Shown: positions 11,400 to 23,920 of the stretch, in pieces
Layout: each line of letters starts with the position of its first letter
Position numbering within the stretch: position 1 is the first letter of the stretch
Assembly: GCF_001194135.2 (NCBI RefSeq)
Contig: NC_068999.1
Coordinates: forward strand, 23,908,664 to 23,951,569
Length of the DNA stretch: 42,906 nt
Source of the DNA: Octopus bimaculoides
Lineage: Eukaryota
Reading direction: 5' to 3'
Notes under the pieces: generated by a model
Told to the model about the DNA's origin: nothing
Seen by the model: only the letters and a program-made list of their open reading frames with translations
The model's database searches: none
Translations under genes and position numbers: made by a program

Positions 11400-12500
11400 G
11401 GATGCAAATTACAGCACACACTCGAAACATTTGACAAGCTGACATAGCTTTTCTTTACATTGGTCATCTCTTGAAGTTTCAGAGTTAATAAAATCATGTG
11501 CCTTGGGAAATGATGTTGTTTAAAACCTTTCCTTTTAAACACCTCAAAGTATGGCTGCAGAAACTAGAGCTTTTGATTGGGGTAAAACTGCAATGATCTT
11601 GTCTTGTAGATTTGCTTTTGTACTTTAGAAGTTGTCATGAATCCCACTTCTGATGAAGTTGCTTCTAGAGAAAGTTATTTGGAAAGATCAGTTGTGGTTT
11701 CTGATGTCCTGCAAAAAATATTTGAATTCTTCAGTAGTCTCAGTAAGAAGCTGTTTTAAGGATCTGGTGGATCAGCAAGGACTGATAGATTAACTTTTCC
11801 TTTTCCATAGAAATGGTATATTGCAGCTGTTTTATGTTTCTTATTTCTTTATTGCCCACAAGGGGCTAAACATAGAAGGGATAAACAAGGACAGACAGAG
11901 GGATTAAGTCGATTACATCGACCCCAGTGCATAACTGGTACTTAATTTATCGACCCCGAAAGGGTGAAAGGCAAAGTCTGCCTCGGTGGAATTTGAACTC
12001 AGAATGTAACGGCAGATGAAATATCGCTGAGCATTTCGCCTGACGTGCTAACGTTTCTGCCAGCTCTCCGCCTTAAGCTGTTTTATGTTTCTGATGATGA
12101 TGATGATTTCTTGGCCAAGCGGTTGTCAAATTTTGGACACAGTACCAATAGAAGCTATTTTTTTTAGAAGCATTGTCATGTCCAAGATCGTAGTTCAAGA
12201 CAGCTATCTTCCACTGCTCATGTATCTGTTCATCTAACTGAGATTAGCTCGTCTTGCTCTTGAAGCTTTCTCTATGGTCTGGCACTGTTATGGTGTTTTG
12301 TGTTATGACAGCTTGTCTGATAACATTCTGTTAAGGGTAAGCCTGTTGTTCATCAAATGTCTCTGGTTGTCTGTTCACTGAGTCTCATGTTCATTGTTAG
12401 TTAGATGCATTTCAAGCACATTAGATTGCAGTCATTGTCACTGCAGCAGAAAGTGTAAGTGTGGTACATCTTTTCCAGTGGCATTATTGGTAGAAACATT
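11400..12500 (-). mobile_element. Helitron RepHel N-terminal fossil, interrupted by a SINE
   Basis: Minus-strand pieces AVLNYDLGHDNASKKIASIGT (about 12140-12207), LADPPDP (about 11760-81) and EFKYFLQDIRNHN*SFQ (about 11690-11735) parallel the Helitron pattern AFNYD..IG / PPEPL / FLxNIRKYNSxFQMTS. Confidence 0.6.
11842..12075 (-). mobile_element. tRNA-derived SINE family A, full length, with a 17-bp TSD
   Basis: Head aaggcggagagctggcagaa and B-box-like gagttcaaattcc. TSD AGCTGTTTTATGTTTCT at 11825-41 and 12076-92. Confidence 0.9.
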
Positions 12501-13512
12501 TTGCTCATAAGAGATTATTTGGTCATGACCATACTCACAAAATTTAATTCTGGTTAAATTAATTAATCAACTGATATGTCAGTTTTGGTAGTTTATCCAT
12601 CATACCAACATGATCATCATCAGCATCATGTTCTTGATGTCTTCTACTAAAATTACCTATTGCATTTTTGACAAACATGCGCTTTAATAACATTGGAAAG
12701 AGGTTCATATTCTGTTTTTGTTGCACGCACATGCACAGTTCTTTTGCATGTTAGTTATTTGTAGCATGCAGATAATATTCATTTGTGTTCAAGTAATTAT
12801 ATGTAAATAATTTCTGTGTGGCATAAATTGATGTGGTACTGAATTGTGGTGAGAAAAAGAAAAGTACTTCTTTTAAACAGAAAACTGGCTGGAAAATGTG
12901 GTTGGTACCTTGTCAGAGTGTTTCCTTGGTAATAATGAACAGGTTTTTATTAATGAAAGCTGTCTACAGAAGATCTTTGAAGAATATTCTCTTTAATAAC
13001 ATTTATTAGAAGCATCTATTGTTTGAATTAATTTACATGAAGACTGAAAAAATTGGTTTTGTACACAAATAATACATCAGTCTTACTTAGTTCAAATCTT
13101 AGAACAGATTCTGTTACAGATATTTCAAACATTGCAAGTAGCGAGGCAGCAGTTTTAACTGTTGATATGCTAGTTAAATGGGTCAGTTTATTTGTAATTT
13201 GAGCTGAAGGTCAAGTTTTGTGTGGGAGTTTAAGTTACTATTAACCATATTTCTTTTTATGAATGATTTGCTACAAATGAAAGCATAGTTGTAAGTTAAA
13301 GAAAAAGCTGAGGTGTTTCTTGTTCAGCAGAGATCAGTTTTTGGCCAAACAATTGAAAGGTGACATTTCAATATGTCTTTCTGTACTATTTGTGTGTGGA
13401 TTGTGAATTTTGAAGGGGTTTTTTTGCATTAAAAGTGAAAGTGGAGGAAAATGAGATGCATTTTTGTCATTTAATGCTCTTTTATTTTTGAAAATGATAA
13501 AATGCTATGCTA

Positions 13513-13672
13513 GGTGCAGGAGTGGCTGTGCGGTAAGTAGCTTGCTTACCAACCACATGGTCTTGGGTTCAGTCCTACTGCGTGGCACTTTGAGCAAATG
13601 TCTTCTACTATAGCCTTGGGCTGACCAAAGGTTTATGAGCAGATTTAGTAGATGGAAGCTGAAAGAAGCCCG

Positions 13673-13758
<86 letters not shown>

Positions 13759-13970
13759 GTTTGTGTGTCTCTGCCTCCTCCCCCCATCATCGCTTGGCAA
13801 CTGATGCTGGTGTGTTTACATCCCAGTAACTTAGCGGTTCAGCAAAAGAGACCGATAGAATAAGTACTAAGCTTACAAAGAATAAATCCTGGGGTCGATT
13901 AGTTCGACTAAATGCGGTGCTCCAGTATGGCAGCAGTCAAATGACTGAAACAAATAAAAGAAAAGAATAA
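13513..13970 (+). mobile_element. tRNA-derived SINE family B, full length, with internal (GT)n(AT)n
   Basis: A-box-like GTGGCTGTGCGG and B-box-like GGGTTCAGTCC. 3' ...gcagtcaaatgactgaaacaaataaaag tail. Confidence 0.88.
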
Positions 13971-14099
13971 ATAACAAAATAAGATGTGTGCCATGTATGG
14001 ACATGATGACATAACTGAGAACACTGTGAGTGGTTCACTAAGTTCAGATGTGGAAATTTGTATCAGGAAGACTGAGAATGTTCTTGCAGGCCGGTAGCC

Positions 14100-14350
14100 A
14101 AATTGAAACAGCACAACGCATAGGACATTGCAGAGATACTTCACATATCTAACTTTTGTTGTAAAGCTTTTGAAAATACTTGGATATGTGAATTGCTATG
14201 TTTGGGTACTTCACAGTTGACAAGAAAAAAAATATTAATAGACAACATTTTCATCTGCAATTCTCTGCTTAAATGTGACAAAAGTGACCCATTTTTGAAA
14301 AGAATGGTAACAGACAATGAAAAGTGTTTACAACAATTTGAAGCAAAAAT
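14100..14350 (+). pseudogene. Mariner transposase fragment
   Basis: ...ICNSLLKCDKSDPFLKRMVTDNEKC resembles mariner ICxSLLKRNxxDPFLKRMVTGDEKW. Confidence 0.8.
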
Positions 14351-14357
14351 AAAGGCA

Positions 14358-14719
14358 AACAAGAGCACTCAGAGAGTGCAAACCTCCACCAAGGTAACAC
14401 CAACATCCTCTCAATGATTAGCTGGAGATGATTTTTAAAATGAGAATATCTGAAATAAACTCAATTACGCTCACAAACAAGAATACCAAAAATGAACACT
14501 CAGAAATTAAGTGAAAATACTGGAAAAATAATCCAGAATATTTGTCCGGTACCAGATAGATCCCCAAATCTAATCAGTTTGTGCCAGTCACAAGGCCAAA
14601 TATCCCTGAAAATTTCATCTGAAAACATTCAGTGGTTCTTGAGATATCTTGTCCAAGGACAAACAAACAAATAAACACGACTGAAAACAATACTTCCGCC
14701 TTAGCGAAGGCAGAGGTAA
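14358..14719 (+). mobile_element. HINE/DINE-like non-autonomous element
   Basis: 5' hairpin GCACTC-AGA-GAGTGC (14365-79), subterminal inverted motif ACCTCCACC (14382-90) / GGCAGAGGT (14709-17), and 3' stem CCGCCTT-AGCG-AAGGCAG. Confidence 0.5.
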
Positions 14720-14819
14720 AAAAGCCCAGGCAAAATAAAATCTATGAAATCAGAAGGTGAATTCAAACAATGTCTGATGATGGGGAAGTATTTTCTTGCT
14801 TGGAAACAAGTGAAGTTTA

Positions 14820-15180
14820 GTAACAGGAAAAGGCATCCAGCCATAGAAAATCTTCTTTCACAAACTTCATGTGGCCCGTGGAAGCATGGTAAAGTAGATG
14901 TTAAAATGATGATGATGCGTGTGTCTGTGTCCGTTTTCCATGCTGGCACGGGTTGGATGGTTTGAATGGAGCTGGTAAGGCCAGGGTCAGCACCAGGCTC
15001 CATTGTATATTTAAACATGGTTTCTAAGTTGGATGCCCTCCCTAACACCAACCACTCCACAAAGTGTACTGGGTGCTTTTAATGTGGCCCTAGCATCAGT
15101 GCTTTTTATGTGGCACCAGCACTGATATCAATTCTGCTGTGGTGGATAGGTCTTCTTGAGTAAAGCAATGTCCTTAGTTG
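14820..15180. mobile_element. Two RTE 3' fragments tail-to-tail (+ about 14820-14917, - about 14925-15180)
   Basis: ...gatgttaaaatgatgatgatg is followed by gtccgttttccatgctggcacggg.... Confidence 0.7.
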
Positions 15181-15281
15181 TCTTCATAAAGCTTAGTGTC
15201 TTGAGATTGGCATTCAATACTTCATGTACATGTATATGTGTGTGTGTGTATATATATAAATATATATAAATAAATAAATAA

Positions 15282-15312
<31 letters not shown>

Positions 15313-15929
15313 NNNNNNNNNNNNNNNNNNNNNNNNNNNNNNNNNNNNNNNNNNNNNNNNNNNNNNNNNNNNNNNNNNNNNNNNNNNNNNNNNNNNNNNN
15401 NNNNNNNNNNNNNNNNNNNNNNNNNNNNNNNNNNNNNNNNNNNNNNNNNNNNNNNACCTCAGAAAGTCTATCCATCCACTGTATTAGCCTAACTTAAGTT
15501 TGGTATTTCTATTTTTAATTATGTCTTTTGTCACACTCCATAAAGTATACAGGATTTTATGTTAAAAGTGAAGTTAAAGAGAGTGTGTTATAAGGTATTT
15601 GCTATTTTGAACACATTTGTATCAATAATACTACTTCAATACCTGTCACTTTGCTGACAGTAAAAAAGCAATCTTTTAAATTAAAATTGTTTGGTCATTT
15701 AAAATGGTACCTCTTAATATAAAATATATTGTGTTTGAATGGAGAGTCTTTGAAGGAAGTAGAAACTTTACTTCTATTTTCAGCTTCAGAAAAATAGTTG
15801 TTCTATGAAATGCTTTTTAATTGGGTAAATTACTGAAATTAAGGCTATTTTTTCTTGTGAAGATTTCATAAATAATCTTTTGATACTGTTTACCTCAAAA
15901 CATTTACTTCAAAAATATTTTGCTTTATA

Positions 15930-18900
15930 TTCTGCAAACTCAGTACATACACATCATAATGGATACAGAACACGACTAGAAATTGTAGAATGTCTTTCTG
16001 GCTGTGCAGTGGAATTCTCTTTGATCTGTAAATATCGGGGGGTTTGTTGGATTGCACACTTTATTGATAGCAACATGTAATTATCCTTGTGTGACCACTG
16101 TAGTCAAACACCTCTAGTGTGTTGCTAGATTGGCATAAACAAATTGAACCAAATCCTCCTTGAAATTAATGGAGGGTGGAATCACAATGGCTTCTGAGAA
16201 AGCTGTGCCAATATTTACAATATTTGGAATCCTTCCTTCCCCTCAGTTCCAGCAACTAATTAGAATGGTGGTTTAACCTATTAAATGCAAATTGACAATT
16301 GTTTCTCGAACAACTGAGAACTTTTGTATTTGTTTGGATATGTAAAACTTTGCACTGACCCCCTAATAGAAGTTACTGAAAATTGTTGAGCTCTATGGAT
16401 TACTGGGAGAATATGTCAAAAATTATTAGTCCTTCTTCCAAGATGTTGCTCATTGTTCATTACATCTTGAAGTGAGTGATTGAAAGTGTTGAGATGTCAG
16501 TGGGCCATTGGGGTTTTGTTACACAAATAACTGAGTATTATGCTGTAAAACCAGTTGCTTCATGAGAATATATGTGATAGGTTGATGTAAATTTTGCTGG
16601 AATGAAAATGGGCGAACCTTCAGTAGTGTAACTGCAATATATGATGAAACTTTAGCAAGCACAGTTTGGTAATTTTTGTTAATAGAAGATAGCAGCAAGT
16701 TCAGCAGGAAAGTTTTGTCTGTTCCTCCTGGAGCACCAGTAAATATCAGACCACCTTCATTGTAAATTTTTGTTTTTCAATTGACTCAAAAACAATCCTT
16801 TGTTATTGAGTTATTTATGAGATCATTATAATGGACTGCTGCTGAAAGTTCTGTTTCATTTGGATTAGCAGGCACAGTTTGTTAATAATCTGCAGACAGA
16901 AAACCATAATAAACTGTTGAATGTTTATATTGATTCAACTAGTTATCTAGTGCACACAGCATACCACTAAATATGGTTTCTGGTGCATTTTCAATCGTCA
17001 TTGTTTCTCTTCTGAAATGTAGATAATCTTCAATAAGATTGTTGTGAAACATTTTGTATCAATTTAAAGGTTCAGACAGGAAGTAGAAATGAAGAATTGT
17101 AATGAACAAATTTCTGAGGTGGCCTGTAGATTGAGTTGCTGTTCTATTCATGTGTGTGATAATTTTCAATAAGATTCACTACTTGGCAAGTTTGTTTAAA
17201 ACTTTTGCATGTTATGTTGTATATTATATGCAAATATCAAAACTTGTAGCTGTGGCTCTGTGAGGAAGCAATAATCTCAAATAGCTGAATTCTCTCTGTG
17301 ATGGATGACAATATTTCTTCTAGTTGTCTGTTCTTCTTGCCAAGTCCTGTTATATGACTGCCTCTTATAAATGTCCAAAGAAATTTCAATATAGAATATG
17401 TCTCAACATTTTTATCAAAATAAAACTGTGAGTTTAGTTAATTGAGCTTGTTGAAGGGCATTTTCTGTATTTGTTTTATGGATAAAAAAATTACTTGATG
17501 ATTGGGTGTGTGAGTTTGAAAACATTCTATACAAGATTTTTTTATGGGGAATTTGAAAAATCTATAATACGATTTAGGTGATTCAAAGTTTTCTTTGTTA
17601 ATAATTTCATCTTGCTTGTTTTCATCACTGATATCAGGAGAAACTCATTGTTGATCTCTTTCTAGTGAGAGATTGTAGAATGGAGTGCACCTCTAAATAT
17701 GTATACAGATATTTGACAGCTTTCAACAGTGATGTGTTCTGCATATTTTTGAAGTAACCAAGCATTGTAGGAAAATATGCATGTTATTCACCTTACTGTC
17801 TCTGTTTCCTACTCACACATTAGCAGTATAACCTCCTTTAGTAGCACATATAACTAGTCATCACCACTTAACATAGTATCCATTTAACATGCAAGGCCAA
17901 GTTGTATTCTGTTCTTCACATGATCCATGTATCACTTGCTTCTTTACTGAATCATAAAGACTATGTGGGTGTGTGTATTATTTGGACTAAGAAGTTCAGC
18001 AGAGACAACTTTGTTGATTTCTAACCTTGTGCTGTGAAAGAAAATGACAATTAAGCAAACCACTTTCTGAATTTCATTTGAGCTTGCATGCATTATTAAT
18101 TTCCCCCTGAAACATTTTGCATAAGTTGCTACCTCTTTAGTTTGAACACTTGTGCAAGACAATCTATGGCAGCTTGATTTCTATTGAGTTCTTTTGTACC
18201 CACTTTAGAATGCAGGTAAATGTTACAAATAATGTTGGTTTCTTAGATTCCCTTACAATATCCATGAAATTTTAGTACTGCTGTGTATCTTGGGCTGCTT
18301 GTAAACATGTTTTGGAAAATGTATAACTTTCTAGTCCAATCAGTATTGCCTGCAATGATTGTATCTGCTTGACCATTATACAGGTCTGCTTGTGTCAGTT
18401 TATACTACAAGTGAGCATATTGGAATTTGACATTGATGAACACAAAACTGTGCCCACGGTGCAATATATTATCCAATTCAGTTTTCTTCAATATCTGTAA
18501 GGAATAAAATTGAAGATATGTCACTTTTGAACTCTTTGGTTTGAGATGCCATCTGTTTGAGTTACTGGGGGAAAAAAAAACAAAACAAAAAACTGCACAG
18601 AATTATGGATATGTCATGGAATCATAGGCTCAATCAGAGTTGCTAAATACTTGAAAACTTTACTTATCATTCTCTTTTTAGAACCTGCTTACCAACATTC
18701 TATCAGTTTGACAAGGTTCCTTATCAATATAACAACCTCATTACATGTAGGCAAGTTATATCTTCTAGAATGTTCACTATCTGGTCTTTTGTCAGTATGC
18801 AATTCAATAGATATGTTTCCTGGTACTGTACTAGTGTCAGTTTCTTCTTGAACAATCAAATGATTGAAAAATAAGTGTTGTTAGCTAAAAGTATAACAGA

Positions 18901-19500
18901 ATGAAGTGTACAGAAAAGAGCAGCATCAAGATTTTCTCTTTCATTATCAGCAGCCACTCTCTACATACACCGTCAAATTTCTTATTCAGAATTGTGTAAG
19001 CTTGCTGATAAGATGCTGCTTCAGTAAAAGCAATTTTTGAAACTTCAAAACATCTGTAAACTACTTGGTGAATTCTGTAAGAGGGACAGCCTTGAGTAAC
19101 TGTAGCATTATTTGCTTTCATGCTACACATGGCTACAATACTGTTGAATCTCCAAATGTTTCCCTGAAAGATTTTCTGTTTGACTGAAGTATGGATAATT
19201 GATGTAGTTCAAGTAAATCATTTACTTGATGAAGCAAAATACCAAAATCTGGATAAGCCAATGTTCCTCCAGTGCACATTCCTATGAACATTAGTGTATT
19301 GTAATATTGGCATCTTGTCTATTAAGCCACAATTTTCATAAGTTAAAATGACTGCTGCTACTTGCATTGAATCTGTGTAATGTTATCATGCAACATTCAA
19401 CATCTTTTTTTGTTTTGATGATTTATGCTATTGTTGTGTGTGTTTACCAAACCCTGACATGTCTGGTGGTAAAAGTGTTTTCTGTTGCTGCAATATGTCT
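15930..19500 (-). mobile_element. About 3.6-kb Helitron Rep-Helicase fossil
   Basis: Ordered minus-strand motifs: RIHQVVYR (about 19070), KPTLFVTFTC (18212-42), frameshifted EIQK-SGLLNCHF HUH region (about 18050-90), VIHGSC..PCM (17917-35), and GGLIFTGAPGGTDKTFLLNLLL..VSSYIAVTLL (Walker A at 16711-37). Many stops and frameshifts. Confidence 0.82.
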
Positions 19501-19593
19501 ATTGAATTATTTATGAAAATATATAGATTTCAGGTAAACCTAAAACATATAAAAGCAAGGTATAAAATTATATAAATACAAAACAGACTTATA

Positions 19594-20887
19594 TTGGGTC
19601 ATCCCATAAATAATGCAGTTTTTTTAATGCTACTTTTATTTTTTTAAATTGATATAAACAAAATTCTTTTTTAATCTAAAATATACTCTCCTTCATTTTC
19701 TACAAATGTTCTTCCATATATCTGGTAGACTTGCAAAGCCCCTCTTCCAAAATTCACTTGTCCATGACGAAAAATACTCCCCCAGTACTGTTTCTGACCT
19801 TGTCTACAAAATTAATATTTTTTCTGTTCAAATGATTTTGAAGACTGCAGAATAAAAGATAATTAGATGGGGCAATCAATGTTCAGCAAATATGGTGGGT
19901 GGGGCATCATTTCCCATTCAAACTGCTCCAGCCTTTGGAATGTCATCTTCACTATATGTGACCGAGAATTATCCTGATGGAAGAACACTTTTTGTCTTGA
20001 AACCAAAGATGGTTGTTTTTCTTCTAGTGCTAACTTAAGCTGCTCAAGTTGCTCGCAGTAGATCTCCTTTGTTATCGTTTGGTTTGGGTTTAAAAGTTCA
20101 AAGTGAACTAAACCTTTCATATGCCACCAAACAGATAGCAACACCTTATATAGGTGAAGACCTTCTTTAGCCTGGGGTGCTGATGTTTCTCCTTTCCCTA
20201 CCTACTGTCTTTGGCACTTGACATTTTTATGGAGAACCCACTTCTCATTACCAGTCACCATTCGGTCCAAAAAAGGTTCATTCGTGAGATGTGACCACAA
20301 AGAAGTGCACATATTCACTCTCTGCACACAATTAGACTCAAGAAGTTTGTGAGGAGCCCATTGACCCAATTTGTTGACTTTTCCGATGGCATGCAGGTGT
20401 CAAATGGTTGAATGACCAAATCCAAGCTTTTCTACTAGTTCCTCAACAGTTATGATGGGATTTTGTTCCACCAGGGTTTGCAGGATGTCCTCATTAAGCT
20501 CTACAGATCTTTCAGGATGGGGCTCGCCTTCGAGGCTGTAGTTTCTGGCTTGTAATTTCTGGAACCACTATTGACTCTGGCTTTTGCTTATTGTCTGATC
20601 CCCATATACTGCATTAATATTCCTTGCACTTTCTGTTCCTTTGTTGCCTTTATTGAACTCATAAAGCAAAATATGCCAAATATGCTCCTTTGTCACTTCC
20701 ATTATAGCTTTGAAAAAAATAACTGTTAAAATTGAACTGCACTCTTCAAAACTTGCTCTAAGAATAAGGACGAGGTAAAATTACTACCTGCTTTTATAGT
20801 AAGTTGATGCAAGTAGTTTATCCCGTCCCACTCTGACTTTTAGTTCAGGCAGTTGAAGAAAACCACACTATTTATGGGATGACCCAA
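19594..20887 (-). mobile_element. Full-length (1294 bp) inactive mariner with TIRs and TA TSD
   Basis: TA|TTGGGTCATCCCATAAATA...TATTTATGGGATGACCCAA|TA. Minus-strand ATG at 20702 (MEVTKEHIWHILLYEFNKG), followed by MVTGNEKW, FHQDNSRSH and HPPY. Contains stops and frameshifts. Confidence 0.93.
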
Positions 20888-21027
20888 TATTTTAAATTAA
20901 TTTATAATTTGATTTGAGTTTTTTTTTTTCTTCTCCACCATTATTTAAAATATTTTGTTTGGTATACTTAAGCAAAATATTCTTATGTTAATTATAATAA
21001 ATATATATTACTAGATTATGCAAGTTA

Positions 21028-21100
21028 GTTGAAACAGCACCGTTGAGAGAGCATTAAACTGAAGATCTAAAGGGCTGTGTTTCAATCCCAGGTTTTGACC
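21028..21100 (+). pseudogene. tRNA-Phe(GAA) pseudogene
   Basis: 73 nt, ungapped, 56/73 identical to the canonical eukaryotic tRNA-Phe GCCGAAATAGCTCAGTTGGGAGAGCGTTAGACTGAAGATCTAAAGG... as recalled. Anticodon GAA at 21061-63. The T stem and anticodon stem are mismatched. Confidence 0.82.
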
Positions 21101-21850
21101 TGTTGAAGAAATTCTATTTCGTTCTTGAGATTACTACTAATTAAAATTCCTACATTTTAACTGACTTAGTAAGTGAGGGTAATAGAAGGGGAGGTTTCAG
21201 TTACATATATACGTATACATACTGATGCACAGTCATCATTATAAGCTTTATTGTTGAAGTATTGGGTTCATTTAGAATCTATGATGGCAATGGTCTTTTC
21301 ATTAGGAGTATCTTTTCTATTGATGACAATGTATATTGTTTTTTCCTTTGTACTTATATTATTGTTACATTCTTATAAATTGACAGCTTTTTTATATCTT
21401 TTTGTTCATCATAATCATTTTCTAATTTTTCTGATTTCGAAGTAGGCTCTTGCTTTGTCCAAGGAAAAATACAATAGCAGTATTAGCATACAAGCTCATG
21501 AAGGCATATCTTATCTACTTAATCATTGTGATTTTTTTAAAATTCGATCAATATATTGAGCAAATGAGATGCAGATTTATAATCCCATACTTAATATTTA
21601 TCATCCTTATCATTATTGTATTATCTATTGTTGTCCAGTTATGTGTTGTATTAGAAAGAAACGAAGGAGAACACATATTTTAGATTACTAAACCGCTTGT
21701 TACTGATTTCTTGTTGTTTAACAAACATACTTTGGTGTCAAACTAACATGGTATTAGTCAACCAGAAATTACACTTGCCCAAAGTGCCACACAGTCAGAT
21801 CAAACTTATATGCATTGTTCTGAAATATTATGCCGTGTTGCATGAATTAA

Positions 21851-22070
21851 CCCTTTAGCATTTAAACCAGCCATATCTGGCCAAAATATTCTACCTGTTT
21901 TATTTTGAACCCAACCAGATCGTACCTCTTGCATCTACCCTACTATGTCATTTTAAACCTAAACAATCATATCATTAAAATCTTGAACCTACAAGGTAAT
22001 GCATAATTAATTCAAAATAATATGACTCTATAAGTATTGCATTTGACAGAGTAATTTTAATGCTAAAGGG
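21851..22070. mobile_element. piggyBac-type MITE (TTAA TSD)
   Basis: TTAA|CCCTTTAGCATT...AATGCTAAAGGG|TTAA. It ends 142 nt upstream of the first visible TM9SF2 exon. Confidence 0.9.
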
Positions 22071-22212
22071 TTAAATGTTTTTTAAGGAATGGTGCATTAA
22101 TATGTTATATAAAGGCTAGCTGTAATTAGGAAGACAAGAATTTGTTATATTACACTGGGTATGCCATTAATAAATGATAAAAATAAAATTTCAAATTCTT
22201 CTGTATTTTCAG

Positions 22213-22280
22213 TCTGAGATACCTATATTTGTGAACAGACTGAATTCTCCAGAAACAGTGGTACCCTATGAATACCACAG
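22213..22280 (+). CDS. TM9SF2: TM9SF2-like, first visible coding exon (probable exon 2, 68 nt)
   Basis: ttttcAG|TCT...CACAG|GTAAGT. Encodes SEIPIFVNRLNSPETVVPYEYH(S), matching the TM9SF2 luminal motif LFVNRLDSVESVLPYEY. Confidence 0.93.
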
Positions 22281-23324
22281 GTAAGTTTTTATTTTTCTTT
22301 ACAAATAATTGATAAGTATGCTGTGTATTCTCTGGTTTCAGTCATTGGACTGCAGCCGTGTTAGGGCATTGATTTTAGAGATCTTAATTAATTGTATCAA
22401 CCAATGCTTATTTCAATAAGGTAATTATTTTATTTGCAATTAGTAAGATGCATATTAGTTGTTCAGAAACACACAAAAGCTGTTTAACTTCACTTAAACA
22501 TTTATTGGCTGTAATTTGGTGTCAAAATTTTCATTGCTTGAAACTGTGACCTGGTCACTGACAATGGTACACTGCAATGTTCTGTTGTCAGTGAGCAGGT
22601 TGTGTTTCTGAATGGCTGATATGTGTTTTCCAAACCACAATCATTTTAGTTTCAACATATGGTCTCAGATCAAATCATTTACTTGACAATTACACTTCTG
22701 TAATTATTTTATTGATCCCTAATTATCAAATAGCTAAGTTACATACTTGACATAAAGGGACACTGGGACACTGATTTACACCAGTAAGCACAAATACACA
22801 CATACAAATATTGTATGATGAGCTCTGACAGTTTCTGTTAATGAAATTCTATTTGTAAGTCAATGGTCAAACGGAGGATATTGTAAAGAAATATGTCCAA
22901 GGTGCCAGTTCCTCTATCTAATTAAAAATCAAGAAACATCTGACTTGATAGTACAAGTATAGATATGAACTGTATATAGATATGTTGAGTTGATAAGTGC
23001 TATCAATATAGAAGACCACTCATGGCTAAGATAATAAATCCAAGTTTTACATTTATAATTATTTGAGATTTAAGTTCAGATTTGTTGTTCAGCATACTGC
23101 AGTTTTATTCCTTTCTCAGTTTAATTAAATTTATTTGGACATTTTGGGGAAGCTAAATTATATATTTTCATCAGTGTAATTTAAAAAATTTGTCTGATAG
23201 GCTTGGCAGAACCATTTTTAACATGTTACATTTAGAAAACATAGAAGAAAACTAGGTGGGGGATATTTAAATGCTGAATTTGATTTTTTTAAAAGATTAG
23301 CGAGAAAAATTCAACCCATCCAAT

Positions 23325-23552
23325 CATGGTCGATGCCAATGCCTCCTGGCCCCTGTGCCAGTGGCACGTAAAAAAAGCACCCTCTACACTCTCGGAGTGG
23401 TTGGCGTTAGGAAGGGCATCCAGTTGTAGAAACACTGCCAGATCAGACTGGAGCCTGGTGCAGCCTCCTGGCTTCCCAGACCCCAGTTGAATCAGCCAAC
23501 CCATGCCAGCATGGAAAATGGACGTTAAACGATGATGATGATGATGATGATG
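23325..23552 (+). mobile_element. RTE 3' UTR/tail fragment
   Basis: gcacgtaaaaaaagcacc...gacgttaaacgatgatgatg. Confidence 0.85.
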
Positions 23553-23759
23553 AAAAAAGAATTTATATGTTTTCATTTGTTTGTTTGTGTGTGTGTATGT
23601 GTGTGTGTGTGTGTAAATATTTAGAGTTGTGATATGGGGAAAATAGAATATGCATTACCAAGTGATATCAACTGGACATTTGGGTATGTGAAAGTTTGTA
23701 AAATAAAGATGCTAAAACATCATCAAGGATGGTAGATAGAAACAACTGTAATACCATCT

Positions 23760-23920
23760 TCCAGATGCCAAAACAAAAAAATCTTCCACCAGACCTTAGT
23801 CACAATTTATGTTCCTAACACTAGTTTGATAACTAATTTATTTTACTAAATTCTATGTTATATTTAAAATTAATTGAAAAAAACACAGAGCATCTCAACA
23901 GAAATATGGTAACAAAAGGG
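23760..23920. mobile_element. Partial piggyBac-type MITE (one end only)
   Basis: Ends gtaacaaaaggg|TTAA. Related by reverse complement to the start of the 27731 and 37605 elements. Confidence 0.55.

Noticed and set aside
14193-14417. 74-aa ORF as a host gene
   Set aside because: It is a chimera of a mariner fragment and the adjacent inserted element.
21251-21683. Hydrophobic 64-77 aa ORFs, also at 40262 and 42457
   Set aside because: They arise from T-rich low-complexity composition, with no splice structure or recognisable motif.
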